Shown: positions 1 through 11,088 of the stretch, piece by piece | Layout: each line of letters begins with the position of its first letter | How positions within the stretch are numbered: position 1 is the first letter of the stretch | Assembly (NCBI GenBank): GCA_965215885.1 | Contig: CBDCEW010000103.1 | Span: 96,001 to 160,000, forward strand | Length of the DNA stretch: 64,000 nucleotides | Origin: Candidatus Moanibacter sp. | Lineage (GTDB): Bacteria > Verrucomicrobiota > Verrucomicrobiia > Opitutales > UBA2987 | Direction: 5' to 3' | Notes under the pieces: model-generated | Told to the model about the DNA's origin: nothing | Seen by the model: only the letters and a program-made list of their open reading frames with translations | The model's database searches: none | Made by a program: the position numbers and the translations under genes

Positions 1-594
1 CATCCCATCGATGCTTTGACCCGTCGCACTCTGCCCCCAATCGATATCGAGCCCTGCATGCCCTTGCTCGACCGAAGCGCCAAATGCAAAGATATTCTCC
101 GCGCGAGTGCCTAAACTGCTATACCCAAAATCATCGATTCGGTCGAACGTACCCCGACCATCGCTGCCGGTGTGGTCCTGGAAGGCATTCGTAAACATGT
201 CGTTGCTGTGAAAGCGAGCTGCGTCGACTAAGAGCGTGTTCATCGACAGAGGCTGCGTTGATTGATCCAGGGTGGCGAACTGGGAAACCATTGTATTCAA
301 ATTGACCATGAAAAAATCTATCACGGATACGATCTCAGGATCTTCGTTGTTGTTGACGATGTCTACAAACCGCTGCGCCTCGGCATTGGCATCTTCCCGC
401 GCCCGGTTAATCAATTCGAGCAGCAGATGCTCCTCGTCCGTCGGTTCTCCGATCAAGTAAATGGAGGACCCCCCAGACGGCACGGATGCTCCACTTGGCG
501 AAGCAAATTGCTCCACCGTCTCTTCTACTGGAGGAGGACCGGGCGGTGCCTGCTGCATCTTTAATTCCGCAATTGGAGCGGCTTCACTCTCTCC
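1..594 (-). pseudogene. CAP/SCP-domain protein; 5' end cut by ISAs1 insertion, 3' end runs off the window (absent from the ORF track)
   Basis: The minus frame is open from 594 to 1 and reads ...GEPTDEEHLLLELINRAR...AARFHSNDMFTNAFQDHTGSDG...RAENIFAFG, which are typical CAP-domain motifs. It abuts the ISAs1 terminal repeat at 595. There is an internal ATG at 558. Confidence 0.7.
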
Positions 595-1512
595 CACGGT
601 ATTTTGATTCTCGGAGCATTAGGTGATGATATTGATGGCCTTATGTAAGTTAAAGACGAAATCATCACAGAGTGCGGGAGTGGATTCAGCGCCCATGGAA
701 GACTTGAGGCTGAGAACCAGTTGCCTGCATGCAGCAAGAATTCTGGCTGCGTGGGAGTAAGAATTATGATTACGGATCATACATCGATCTTCATCGAAGA
801 AGCGATCCCTGGGGTAATGATTTTTATTTTCGATCGAGCAATGGTTGCGAATTTTCGAGAGGAACTGTTGAGGGCTCAAATCGGCGGGATCGAGACTGCT
901 TACGTAGTAAGAGCGTTCAGAGGAAGGTTCAGCTTTGTTTGGATAATGGAAGGTGCGTTGCACACAGGCGAACTGGCGGGCATGGGGCAGGCCGGCAGAG
1001 GGAGCGCTTAGAGAATGGGTTGCTATTTGACGTATTTCGAGTCGCCCATGGTCATTGTCCACGGTTTGGTGGAGAAAAAGGGGGTGGAGCTGAAGAGATT
1101 CTGAGCGTATTGATGCATGTTGGGCTGATTGTCTTTAATTTGAATAACATAGTCAGCACTGAGTTCTTCGACGACGATGTGGGCAGTTTCTTTTTGATTA
1201 TGCATGGCGTCGAAGGTGAAGGTGGAGCCGTCCAAAATGGGCATCTTTCGCAAGAGAGTCTGGGCGGCGGTGATCTCGTTGGATTTATCGGCGGTAGCGA
1301 CTTGGGCTAAGGTTTGAGCGCTTTGGTGATCGACTGCGGCCACCAGGTGCAGAGCCTTTGATTCTTCGGTGTTTGTGCCTTTGAGGGTCTTGCCGTCGAC
1401 GGCAATATCGCGGGGCAAACAGCCGTCTTGTAAGCAGATGAATTCGGTGAGGGTTTTATCGAAGAGCTCGGCCTTTACGTTTTGCAAGACCCGATAGAAG
1501 ACATCATAGCAA
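595..1512 (-). mobile_element. ISAs1-family element, copy 1 (3' half only; truncated by the IS5-like element at 1513)
   Basis: Near-identical to the 3' half of 39428..41321, with right end CACGGTATTTTGATTC at 595. It carries a 12-bp in-frame insertion (NSYSHAA vs NAA) and a W>C change relative to the other copies. Confidence 0.93.
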
Positions 1513-3429
1513 GACCTTATCCGAAAAGCTACTAATTGGCCGCAAAGAGGCGCAAAAGGCGCAAGAAAAACTTGAGAAAAATCATTTTTTGGCTTGATAA
1601 AAAGTGTCGCAACATGCTAGTGTTTAACAACCTAAGATTAAGAAATGAGTTAAACATGCCAACATGTGCGACAGAGGAGAACAAAAGCGATAAGACGCCC
1701 CTTAGCAACCTCATTCTGCCGGTTCCAGACACGGATTTCCGTGATTTTCTGGATGAAGTTGAAGAATTGGCCGGGTTCGCGGCGCAAATCATCGAGGCGA
1801 TCGAGAAGGATCTGGACGCCCATGCGCGTGAGAAGAAGAAACTTCGATTGGAAGATCGAAGGTTCTTTGAAGGGCGCACAGCGGAGCTGCCGGAGCTGGA
1901 CATCGAGGAGGAGAATATTCTGGCTGCTGAATTGAATCTTGCGGTAGGCCGGCCGCGGATGCCGGCTTATGCGGTATACGTGTTCGTGATGATTCGTGGG
2001 TTTCTCGGTTCGTTGACCACGAAACCGGCACGGCGGTTTGTGCGCGAGTCGATGAGCTTGTACGGATTTCTTCAGAGGCGGGGACTGAGGATGCCGGCGG
2101 TGACGACGATTCTGGAGAACGTGAACCTGGTCAGCCATAGGACCCGCGAGCTGATCTTTGATAAACAGATTGGGTTTATCCTCCAGGAGCAATGGGACGA
2201 TTTCGGGAAGCTGACGATCGACAGCACCTCGGTGAAAGCAAACAGCTGCTGGCCCACCGATGGGAGGATTCTGAGCGGTCTTTTGATGCGGGCCAATCGT
2301 TTGGGTCAGAAGTTGCATATATTCGGGCTGGAGGATTTTCGCAAAGGATGGGTTGGGCGTTGGCTGCAGGAGATGGACAAGCTGGAGTTTCAGATTTGTC
2401 TGGCCGCGGGCAAACCGAAGTCGAAGGGCAAGCTGAAGAAACACTACCGGCGGTTGCTCAAGCGGGGCCGCAAGGCGGCCGACTCACTAACGGGGGAACT
2501 GAGCCATCTTGAAGAGGGCCTGTCGATGGATTCACTGCCTCCCACTCGCCGGGAGCTTCTGGAGCGGGCATTGAGCCAGATCAGGCGCGATATTGCCGAC
2601 GCCAAGCGGGTTGTTGAGTATGCTCATGATCGGGTGTTTCACGAAAAGAAGCTACCGTCCACACAGAAGGTCCTGAGCCTCTCGGACGGATCGGCGGCCT
2701 ACATCAAGAAGGGCAGCCGCAATCCAGTGATCGGGTACAAGCCACAACTGGTTCGCAGCGAAAACGGTTTTGTCACCAGCCTGATCGTACCGCAAGGCAA
2801 CGCGGCAGACTCCATTGAGCTGGCGCCGGCCATCGGCGATTCGATCAAGCGCACCGGTGTCATTGCTGAACTGGTCAGCACCGATGACGGATATGCTTCG
2901 GCGAAGGGACGCAAGGAGGTGCTGAGCATGGGGGTAAAGCAGATCAGTATCAGTGGGGCGAAGGGCAAGAAGTTGACCACCCCCGAGGACTGGGAGAGCG
3001 AGGCGTATCGCGAGGCACGCCGCGATCGCTCCGCAGTGGAGTCGCTGATGTTCACGATTAAAGATGGATTTGCCTTTGGCGAACTCGGCCGCCGCGGCAT
3101 CGATGCGGTAGGCGATGAACTGCTCGAGAAGGTTCTGGCCTACAACTTCTGCCGCATCATACTGATGAAGAAACGCCGAGGGGAGGAACTGGAACAGGCA
3201 GCCTGAATCTGACCGCTTTGAAGCTCAGAGAAAAAAGCACCACGGGATGAGTATGCCTCCAGACAGCGGCAAATATACGTATTGTGCAGCAAGCCACGCC
3301 GATGGCCGCTCAATACCTGCTCATCGGCAGCGCCGGCAGCCTAAAACCCGAAACCTGCCAGCCATAGGCTGGTCCGCCCGTGGCGGAGAACCTTAAACCG
3401 CCCGCTCGAAAGGCTTTTCGAATGGGGTC
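1513..3429 (+). mobile_element. IS5/IS1182-like insertion sequence, copy A (1917 bp)
   Basis: Imperfect TIRs GACCTTATCCGAAAAGC / GCTTTTCGAATGGGGTC. Four copies occur in the window. The flanks TAGCAA / TTACTA do not match. Confidence 0.92.
1656..3206 (+). CDS. DDE transposase (IS5/IS1182-like)
   Basis: Motifs TIDST...GYKPQLV...STDDGY...RSAVES. The ATG was chosen from the AAGGAG RBS of the sister copies; this copy has AATGAG. Confidence 0.85.
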   Translation: MPTCATEENKSDKTPLSNLILPVPDTDFRDFLDEVEELAGFAAQIIEAIEKDLDAHAREKKKLRLEDRRFFEGRTAELPELDIEEENILAAELNLAVGRPRMPAYAVYVFVMIRGFLGSLTTKPARRFVRESMSLYGFLQRRGLRMPAVTTILENVNLVSHRTRELIFDKQIGFILQEQWDDFGKLTIDSTSVKANSCWPTDGRILSGLLMRANRLGQKLHIFGLEDFRKGWVGRWLQEMDKLEFQICLAAGKPKSKGKLKKHYRRLLKRGRKAADSLTGELSHLEEGLSMDSLPPTRRELLERALSQIRRDIADAKRVVEYAHDRVFHEKKLPSTQKVLSLSDGSAAYIKKGSRNPVIGYKPQLVRSENGFVTSLIVPQGNAADSIELAPAIGDSIKRTGVIAELVSTDDGYASAKGRKEVLSMGVKQISISGAKGKKLTTPEDWESEAYREARRDRSAVESLMFTIKDGFAFGELGRRGIDAVGDELLEKVLAYNFCRIILMKKRRGEELEQAA

Positions 3430-3773
3430 TTACTAGAAAAATCGGATCGTTTGCGACCCGCCTGCATGCGGGCGTGTTCTTCATCGGTGCAAGCAGCATT
3501 CAGCGGAACATCCGTCGTACCTTCATTTGGACGAACCAGTTCATTGCTCAACATATAGTTTTCCACTTCTTCTCCACTGACGTCTGCCAGCATCACACCG
3601 TCGATGTCCACGCAGGGAGAAAGCGTTTGGCCGGACTTCTCTACCATCTCGGCATAGATCTCAGGATTATTGATGATATCCTTATCTTCATACTCGAGAC
3701 TGTACTTGGCAAAGATTGCCCGCACACCTTTGCTCCATCCACACGTAGGTTTCAAATAAGCCGTAACTTTCAT
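3393..3773 (-). CDS. Glutaredoxin-family protein (monothiol CGWS); C-terminus reads into IS copy A
   Basis: YLKPTCGWS...SGQTLSPCVDIDG is a glutaredoxin/thioredoxin-fold pattern. Confidence 0.85.
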   Translation of the reverse strand: MKVTAYLKPTCGWSKGVRAIFAKYSLEYEDKDIINNPEIYAEMVEKSGQTLSPCVDIDGVMLADVSGEEVENYMLSNELVRPNEGTTDVPLNAACTDEEHARMQAGRKRSDFSSKTPFEKPFERAV

Positions 3774-3823
3774 AGTTTAATAATTCTACAGTTTATGAAT
3801 TTGTCTGCAACTTCACTTTTCTA

Positions 3824-5740
3824 GACCTTATCCGAAAAGCTACTGATTGGCCGCAAAGAGGCGCAAAAGGCGCAAGAAAAACTTGAGAAAAATCATTTTT
3901 TGGCTTGATAAAAAGTGTCGCAACATGCTAGTGTTTAACAACTTAAGATTAAGAAAGGAGTTAAACATGCCAACATGTGCGACAGAGGAGAACAAAAGCG
4001 ATAAGACGCCCCTTAGCAACCTCATTCTGCCGGTTCCAGACACGGATTTCCGTGATTTTCTGGATGAAGTTGAAGAATTGGCCGGGTTCGCGGCGCAAAT
4101 CATCGAGGCGATCGAGAAGGATCTGGACGCCCATGCGCGTGAGAAGAAGAAACTTCGATTGGAAGATCGAAGGTTCTTTGAAGGGCGCACAGCGGAGCTG
4201 CCGGAGCTGGACATCGAGGAGGAGAATATTCTGGCTGCTGAATTGAATCTTGGGGCAGGCCGGCCGCGGATGCCGGCTTATGCGGTATACGTGTTCGTGA
4301 TGATTCGAGGGTTTCTGGGTTCGTTGACCACGAAACCGGCACGGCGGTTTGTGCGCGAGTCGATGAGCTTGTACGGATTTTTGCAGAGCGGGGGACTGAG
4401 AATGCCGGCGGTGACGACGATTCTGGAGAACGTGAACCTGGTCAGCCATACGACCCGCGAGTTGATCTTTGATAAACAGATTGGGTTTATCCTCCAGGAG
4501 CAATGGGACGATTTCGGGAAGCTGACGATCGACAGCACCTCGGTGAAAGCAAACAGCTGCTGGCCCACCGATGGGAAGATTCTGAGCGGTCTTTTGATGC
4601 GGGCCAATCGTTTGGGTCAGAAGTTGCATGTCTTCGGGCTGGAGGATTTTCGCAAGGGATGGGTTGGGCGTTGGCTGGAGGAAATGGACAAGCTGGAGTT
4701 TCAGATTTGTCTGGCCGCGGGCAAACCGAAGTCGAAGGGCAAGCTGAAGAAACACTACCGGCGGTTGCTCAAGCGGGGCCGCAAGGCGGCCGACTCACTA
4801 ACGGGGGAACTGAGCCATCTTGAAGAGGGCCTGTCGATGGATTCACTGCCTCCCACTCGCCGGGAGCTTCTGGAGCGGGCATTGAGCCAGATCAGGGGCG
4901 ATATTGCCGACGCCAAGCGGGTTGTTGAGTATGCTCATGATCGGGTGTTTCACGAAAAGAAGCTACCGTCCACACAGAAGGTCCTGAGCCTCTCGGACGG
5001 ATCGGCGGCCTACATCAAGAAGGGCAGCCGCAATCCAGTGATCGGGTACAAGCCACAACTGGTTCGCAGCGAAAACGGTTTTGTCACCAGCCTGATCGTA
5101 CCGCAAGGCAACGCGGCAGACTCCATTGAGCTGGCGCCGGCCATCGGCGATTCGATCAAGCGCACCGGTGTCATTGCTGAACTGGTCAGCACCGATGACG
5201 GATATGCTTCGGCGAAGGGACGCAAGGAGGTGCTGAGCATGGGGGTAAAGCAGATCAGTATCAGTGGGGCGAAGGGCAAGAAGTTGACCACCCCCGAGGA
5301 CTGGGAGAGCGAGGCGTATCGCGAGGCACGCCGCGATCGCTCCGCAGTGGAGTCGCTGATGTTCACGATTAAAGATGGATTTGCCTTTGGCGAACTCGGC
5401 CGCCGCGGCATCGATGCGGTAGGCGATGAACTGCTCGAGAAGGTTCTGGCCTACAACTTCTGCCGCATCATACTGATGAAGAAACGCCGAGGGGAGGAAC
5501 TGGAACAGGCAGCCTGAATCTGACCGCTTTGAAGCTCAGAGAAAAAAGCACCACGGGATGAGTATGCCTCCAGACAGCGGCAAATATACGTATTGTGCAG
5601 CAAGCCACGCCGATGGCCGCTCAATACCTGCTCATCGGCAGCGCCGGCAGCCTAAAACCCGAAACCTGCCAGCCATAGGCTGGTCCGCCCGTGGCGGAGA
5701 ACCTTAAACCGCCCGCTCGAAAGGCTTTTCGAATGGGGTC
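3824..5740 (+). mobile_element. IS5/IS1182-like insertion sequence, copy B (transposase 3967..5517)
   Basis: Same TIRs as copy A, with a 6-bp target duplication TTTCTA on both sides. Confidence 0.95.
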
Positions 5741-5949
5741 TTTCTAGTGATCGAAAGACTCCTGCCAAGGAAAAATTCCTGGGAATCTGTCGGACCGTGC
5801 TTCTCTAATTTCCATGAGCTACGGAATTCCAGGTGAAGGATGGAGATCCCTACGAAGATGAAAACGACAGATTCCTTCTTAGTCCCGGCAAGCCGGGGTA
5901 TCTGTTTCGAATATAGGAGAAAGTCCGTTCCCGACTTGCCGGGACTACC

Positions 5950-7343
5950 TTACACCTTCCCCGACTTTCGCCAACGATATAAAGTGGTGGGGTGTATTCC
6001 CAACTGCGCCGCCACCCAGGTGAGATCATGCCCGTTCTCCCTTAATAATTGTTTTGCCAGGTTCATCTTTTCACGCTTGCTGGGAATCCCGTAGCGACCC
6101 ACCACGTCTTCCATCTTCTTCTCGCGCGCCCGCCTGTTCAGGGACAGACCATCAACCCCCCGCCTGCCTTCACCGCCCATTCGCGATTCGGGCCTCTTCG
6201 GTAGATCCCACCAGGCGTTTCGCATGATAGGACCGTCATAAAGAATGGCCAGCCGGTCGATTGCCTGTTTCAACTCACGAACGTTCCCGGGCCAGTCAAA
6301 TTGCTGAAATTTATATATTAACTCAGGATCGAGACTCTCAAAATTCTTCCCGTAACGTTCCGCCGAGTCTTTTATGAAAAGGTTAGCGAGATCGGGAATG
6401 TCTTCCGTGCGATGTCGAAGTGGGGGTATATGCAGAATCACTTCGGATAACCTGTAATAGAGATCCGCACGAAACTCACCATTGTCTACTGCCTCTTCTA
6501 ATTCTCGGTTAGTTGCCGAAATCACACGCACATCACACTTATACTCTTTTGTGCTCCCTACCCTGCGCGCATGATGCGTCTCCAGAAATCGGAGCAGCTT
6601 CGGTTGGAGCGCCGTATCCATCTCTCCGATTTCATCGAGGAAGAGCGTGCCCCCGGCCGCCTCCTCCACCAGACCCGGTTTGTCCTTCACTGCACCCGTA
6701 AAAGCCCCCTTCGACACTCCGAATAACTCCGATTCCATTAAGTCCTTGGGGATCGCGGCACAATTGACGGCAACGAAACACAATTGACGGCAACGAAACT
6801 GCCTTTTCCCGCCGCCGAATGGAGCGCCTCCGCCACTCGCTCTTTACCCGTTCCCGATTCGCCCGTGATGAGCACGGTAGCATCGGTGGGCCCCAGCCGC
6901 TGCACCGATTCACCCAGTGTCTTTATGGCCCCCGATCGCCCCGTCAAACGGTTCGAATCGGTCTGAGCATTACCGCCGTAGAGCTGCCACCATAACTGCT
7001 GTGAATGGCCGCCATAGTTTATCGCCTCCTCCCAACGCTCATCCTCATCACTCACCATCACGACATCATGCGCACCATCACGCGCCGCCGCCATGATCTC
7101 CCTCGTTCCCAGTTCCGAACCAAACACCACATAGCACCTTCCCGCCCGCGCCAATCGCACCCGCAAGTTCGGCCATTCTTCAGAACTCATCATGTCGTAG
7201 GAAACGAGGTAGACCCGATCCGCCTCCAGTCGGTCAACTGCCTTAATGACGTCAGCTTCGTCCACTTGCACACCGAATCCGAGCAACTGTAAACGCTTCA
7301 ATAGCGAAGAATTTCGCTGTGAACTGATAACCGATACTTTCAT
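5950..7343 (-). pseudogene. Sigma-54-dependent transcriptional activator (atypical REC-like + AAA+ + Fis HTH), frameshifted
   Basis: GESGTGKE lies in ORF 6738..7343; [22 protein letters not shown] and the HTH lie in ORF 5950..6783. A 20-bp tandem duplication at 6759..6798 splits the frame. Confidence 0.92.
6759..6798. repeat. Perfect 20-bp tandem duplication (CACAATTGACGGCAACGAAA x2)
   Basis: Read directly from the sequence. Confidence 0.97.
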
Positions 7344-7367
7344 TTAATCGCCCCTAACCCCGACTGG

Positions 7368-7542
7368 CCCGGTTATTTCACACACTTCGTAGCGAGACGG
7401 CGTAGATCGCTGCATATCATAGCTTTTTCGCAGACCGGCGGGCGACAGCGTGTTGGAACCTTCTGAGGTCGCCGGACAAGAGAAAGCTTTGAGATGCGGT
7501 GAGATCCGCTGTCGTAGCAGAAGGTTTGGTGAAATATCCGGG
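7368..7542 (+). mobile_element. ~174-bp MITE, copy 1
   Basis: TIR CCCGG(T/A)NATTTCAC...GTGAAAT(A/G)T(C/T)CGGG with flanks CTGG/CTAG; homologous to five other copies. Confidence 0.85.
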
Positions 7543-7779
7543 CTAGCACCATGGGAGACAAAGTCCCTGTATGTATTTAGCGTGCCTTTGATTACTGGCT
7601 CGTAGTCCTCAATCATTAAACTCGTTCTCTTTCAAAATAACTGCGCTCATTCTGCAATGCAAGCGCAATGAACTAAGCCCCCGAATTTGCATTGCAAAAT
7701 CAACCGCGGACGCCCCCAGATCCTTCTCCCGCTATCGAATTCCGAGGCAGTTGCCGGTATGAACTAAATACGTCTTAAT

Positions 7780-7937
7780 AAATACCCCCTTAAGAATCTG
7801 TCGGAGTTACAAACTTTGAGATTCTTCATCGCAAACCTTGTCCCGAACCTTGTCGATCAAATACCCCCTTAAGAATCTGTCGGAGTTACAAACTTTGAGA
7901 TTCTTCATCGCAAACCTTGTCCCGAACCTTGTCGATC
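7780..7937. repeat. Perfect 79-bp tandem duplication
   Basis: 7780..7858 is identical to 7859..7937. Confidence 0.95.
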
Positions 7938-8483
7938 TTTACTCTTCAAACAAATCCGCGGACTTGGCTCGGCGCAGTGCAGCGAAGACGGCTCGAATCC
8001 GTGGTCAATTCCTCTTTATTCGTATTACTATCAGTCAGAACTTATTTTTTTGAACACGTTTTGGAGTGTACCATGTTGGTATTCAAAGCTGTGGAGTCGA
8101 CAAGGTTCGCGACGAGGTTCGGGACAAGGTTACCAGGGTATTCCAAGTCTCCTTCTCAATTCGATCAAAACTGTCTACACGGTTTACCCGCTCAGAATTC
8201 AGCGGAGCAAACCTCGTCCCGATCCCGCTCAGCGCGACCCGAACCTTGTCCTAAACTGCGAATGCATTGAGGTCGGAGCAAAGCTCAATTTTGCCAGTAT
8301 GCCGGGATTCGATGTTTTTGATCCGTTGCCTTCTCCAATCCGTTGAAAATCCCTCTTCATAGAATCCGCAGTGTCCTCGAATCTACGGGTCTTCCTCAAA
8401 AATTCGCGTCCATTTGTGTGAATTCGCGGTTCTCTTTTTCTTTTTTGGATGCGGCTTTGCTGCGCTGAGGCCTCCTTGCTCGA

Positions 8484-8580
8484 TCGCGGGATAAACCCGC
8501 TCCTACAACCCTCACGGGTAGTCGAGTTGAATCTGAACTCCTAATATCCGGCAGGTTGTAGGAGAGGCTTTACGCCTCGA
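8484..8580. repeat. GTAG-type REP doublet downstream of proS
   Basis: Inverted pair TCGCGGGATAAACCCGCTCCTAC ... GTAGGAGAGGCTTTACGCCTCGA. Confidence 0.65.
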
Positions 8581-8623
8581 TTCTCTGTCCCTTCTTCTGT
8601 CCCCTGAACTCTTTCCTCTTTAC

Positions 8624-10150
8624 TCAATACGCCTTCGCAAAGAGGACCCTCGCACGACTCCGCTCGCCGGTAAAGATGCAGCGGCCCTCTTCTTCGGAAT
8701 CCTTGATCCCTATGCATCTAATCGTTACTCCGAGGTCCTTATTCACCCGCTCCTCTACACCGGGATCTCCATTCCAGTGAGCCATCGCCCAACCCCCATG
8801 AATCTCCGGTTTCTCTGCATTATCGGGTGTGAAGAAGTCGTAGAACTGCTCTTTTGAGTCGATCCGGACGCAATGCTCCTTTTGGAAGCATTTCGCCCGC
8901 TCATAGAGCGATTTCTGTATATCATTGAGCAATTCACCAATCGAGCCAATGAATTCCGGCCGCGACTGGCTGTATCGTTCTCTGTTGCCCTTATCCCTTC
9001 GGCCGACGTAGAGCGAATCACCTGCAATATCTCTTGGCCCCACTTCGACCCAAACCGGAATGCCCTTCTTCACCCACTGCCACATCTTCTCGCCACCACG
9101 AAGATCGCGATCGTCCAGGACAACCTCCAGAGGCCGACCATCCCAGGTCAAATCGGACAACTCTCCTTTCAATTTCACACAGTATTCCATCACCGCCGCC
9201 CGTGAGTCTTCTTTATGGGCAACAGGCAATATCACGATCTGCGAAGGAGCGAGGCGCGGAGGCAATACAAGCCCGTCATCGTCCCCATGTGTCATAACGA
9301 GAGCGCCAATAAGACGGGTGGAAACACCCCAGGATGTCGTCCATGCATGAACTCGATCTCCCTCTTCGTTTAGAAAAGTGATATTGCTTCCCTTGGCGAA
9401 ATTCTGCCCCAGAAAATGGGACGTTCCGGCTTGAAGGGCTTTGCGGTCCTGCATCATCGCCTCGATCGTCAAGGTAGTTACGGCGCCCGGAAATCTCTCC
9501 AACTCCGTCTTCTCGCCCTCTATCACCGGCATAGCCATATGATTCTCACAGAATTCCGCGTAAATCCCAAGCATCCGATTTGTCTCCTCCATGGCCTCCT
9601 CCGAGGTGGCATGCACGGTGTGCCCTTCCTGCCAAAGAAACTCGGATGTGCGCAGAAAGAGCCGCGGGCGCCTCTCCCACCGCACCACGTTGGCCCATTG
9701 GTTAATCAGCAGGGGCAAGTCACGATAGCTCTGAACCCATCTCGAAAACATCTCGCCGATTATCGTTTCGGAAGTCGGTCGAACGATCAGCGGCTCTTCC
9801 AGGGGCGAAGCCGGGACGAGCTCTCCGTCCGCGTTCCGCTCCAGTCGGGAGTGAGTCACTACGGCGCACTCCGTTGCGAATCCCTCGACATGTTCGGCCT
9901 CCTTTTCCAGAAAACTCTTGGGAATGAATATGGGAAAGTATGCGTTAGTGTGCCCCGTCGCCTTGAACCTGCGGTCAAGCTCTCGCTGCATGTTCTCCCA
10001 TAAGGTGTATCCCCAGGGTTTGATGACCATGCAACCGCGAACGGGCGAATTCTCCGCCAGGTCGGCTGCCCGAACCACCTGTTGATACCATTCCGGATAA
10101 TCCTCCGACCGTGTTGGAGTTATCGCGTTTCTCTCTTTCTTTTTCGCCAT
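8624..10150 (-). CDS. proS: Proline--tRNA ligase (archaeal/eukaryotic type)
   Basis: VRGCMVIKPWG, RPTSET, NQWANVVRWE, FLRTSEFLWQEGHT, TTSWGVSTR and C-terminal FAKAY. Confidence 0.97.
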   Translation of the reverse strand: MAKKKERNAITPTRSEDYPEWYQQVVRAADLAENSPVRGCMVIKPWGYTLWENMQRELDRRFKATGHTNAYFPIFIPKSFLEKEAEHVEGFATECAVVTHSRLERNADGELVPASPLEEPLIVRPTSETIIGEMFSRWVQSYRDLPLLINQWANVVRWERRPRLFLRTSEFLWQEGHTVHATSEEAMEETNRMLGIYAEFCENHMAMPVIEGEKTELERFPGAVTTLTIEAMMQDRKALQAGTSHFLGQNFAKGSNITFLNEEGDRVHAWTTSWGVSTRLIGALVMTHGDDDGLVLPPRLAPSQIVILPVAHKEDSRAAVMEYCVKLKGELSDLTWDGRPLEVVLDDRDLRGGEKMWQWVKKGIPVWVEVGPRDIAGDSLYVGRRDKGNRERYSQSRPEFIGSIGELLNDIQKSLYERAKCFQKEHCVRIDSKEQFYDFFTPDNAEKPEIHGGWAMAHWNGDPGVEERVNKDLGVTIRCIGIKDSEEEGRCIFTGERSRARVLFAKAY

Positions 10151-10265
10151 CTTCAATATCTAACAACGGATGCCTTCAACTACAGACCAATAAATAGGTT
10201 ATCCAGGTAAAAAGTCCACCCACCGATCCCCGCACTCGCGATTCCGTGGCACGCGGAATCGCGTC

Positions 10266-10368
10266 TAGGAATCTGTCGGGCCTGGGACGTGTTTAGCGAG
10301 ATAGAAAAGTTCCGGTTCGAGCTTTGCAGCTACCACGCTAAACACGTCCCAGGCCCGACAGATTCCTA
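10266..10368. repeat. TA-flanked long palindrome (TAGGAATCTGTCGG... family), MITE-like
   Basis: Perfect arms of ~32 bp. Related ends occur at ~5782, 7791, 7870, 45710..45746 and ~60891..60909. Confidence 0.75.
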
Positions 10369-11064
10369 ACGTAGCTCGTATTTTGAAACTGTCGAAATCA
10401 GCCTTTCGGCCGCTGGCGTAATCGCACCAACATCACCGTAGAGAATCGCGTCAACTCTTACCTTCTTCCCTCCCCCGTGGTAGACCTTATTCGCCCTCTT
10501 GTTCGGAAGAATCAGACCCCCTTCAATCGAGATACCGGCATAGAGACCCTTGGAATTACTGTAGACGAACACCGGTGGCAGTCCCGCCTTGGCGTCAGTT
10601 TCCACGCCTACCGGTCCGGCCGCCGCCGCCGCGTCCACCCCAATTCGAAAATGTGTATCAGCCAGCTTCTTCATCACTTCCGGATCCATAATCACGAGAA
10701 TAATGGATATCTGGTGCCCTCCGAACTGGAATCCGAAACTGCCCTCTCCCAACCTGATGAAAGCGGGCGGACTCCATGCGCGCGTGACAGGGTCGCGCGC
10801 CAACGCTACTCCATTGCCCCCTTTGGCTCCACCGAAAAATGCGACTTGATATTCTCGAATGATTACAATCCCTTCCGCCCTCCGCAGAACATACCCCGGA
10901 ACCCGGGTCCTGTGTATGCGCATCAGTTCGTTAAACTGGTCCGTTAGCGTCGAGATACGCGTATCCAAGTGTGCCACTTCCAGTCCCGGCAGCGATACCG
11001 GGGAAAAAACGCAGAGGCCCAAAGCGCAAATAAGGTTCCACCTCATCCTCAATAGCTTCATCAT
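10366..11064 (-). CDS. SYLF/Ysc84 lipid-binding domain protein, probably secreted
   Basis: GGxGVALAR...WSPPAF...GSFGFQFG...GVDAAAAAGPVG...YSNSKGLYAGISIEG, preceded by a signal-like N-terminus. Confidence 0.9.
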   Translation of the reverse strand: MMKLLRMRWNLICALGLCVFSPVSLPGLEVAHLDTRISTLTDQFNELMRIHRTRVPGYVLRRAEGIVIIREYQVAFFGGAKGGNGVALARDPVTRAWSPPAFIRLGEGSFGFQFGGHQISIILVIMDPEVMKKLADTHFRIGVDAAAAAGPVGVETDAKAGLPPVFVYSNSKGLYAGISIEGGLILPNKRANKVYHGGGKKVRVDAILYGDVGAITPAAERLISTVSKYELR

Positions 11065-11088
11065 ATACCGTAATTTAGAAACGATTAG

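Noticed and set aside
1650..2444. 264-aa and other antisense ORFs in the IS5-like copies
   Set aside because: Antisense shadows of the transposase with no independent coding evidence.
7344..7616. Small ORFs containing RYEVCEMSG / LATKCVK peptides at several loci
   Set aside because: These are translations of the MITE, and their frames are not conserved between copies.
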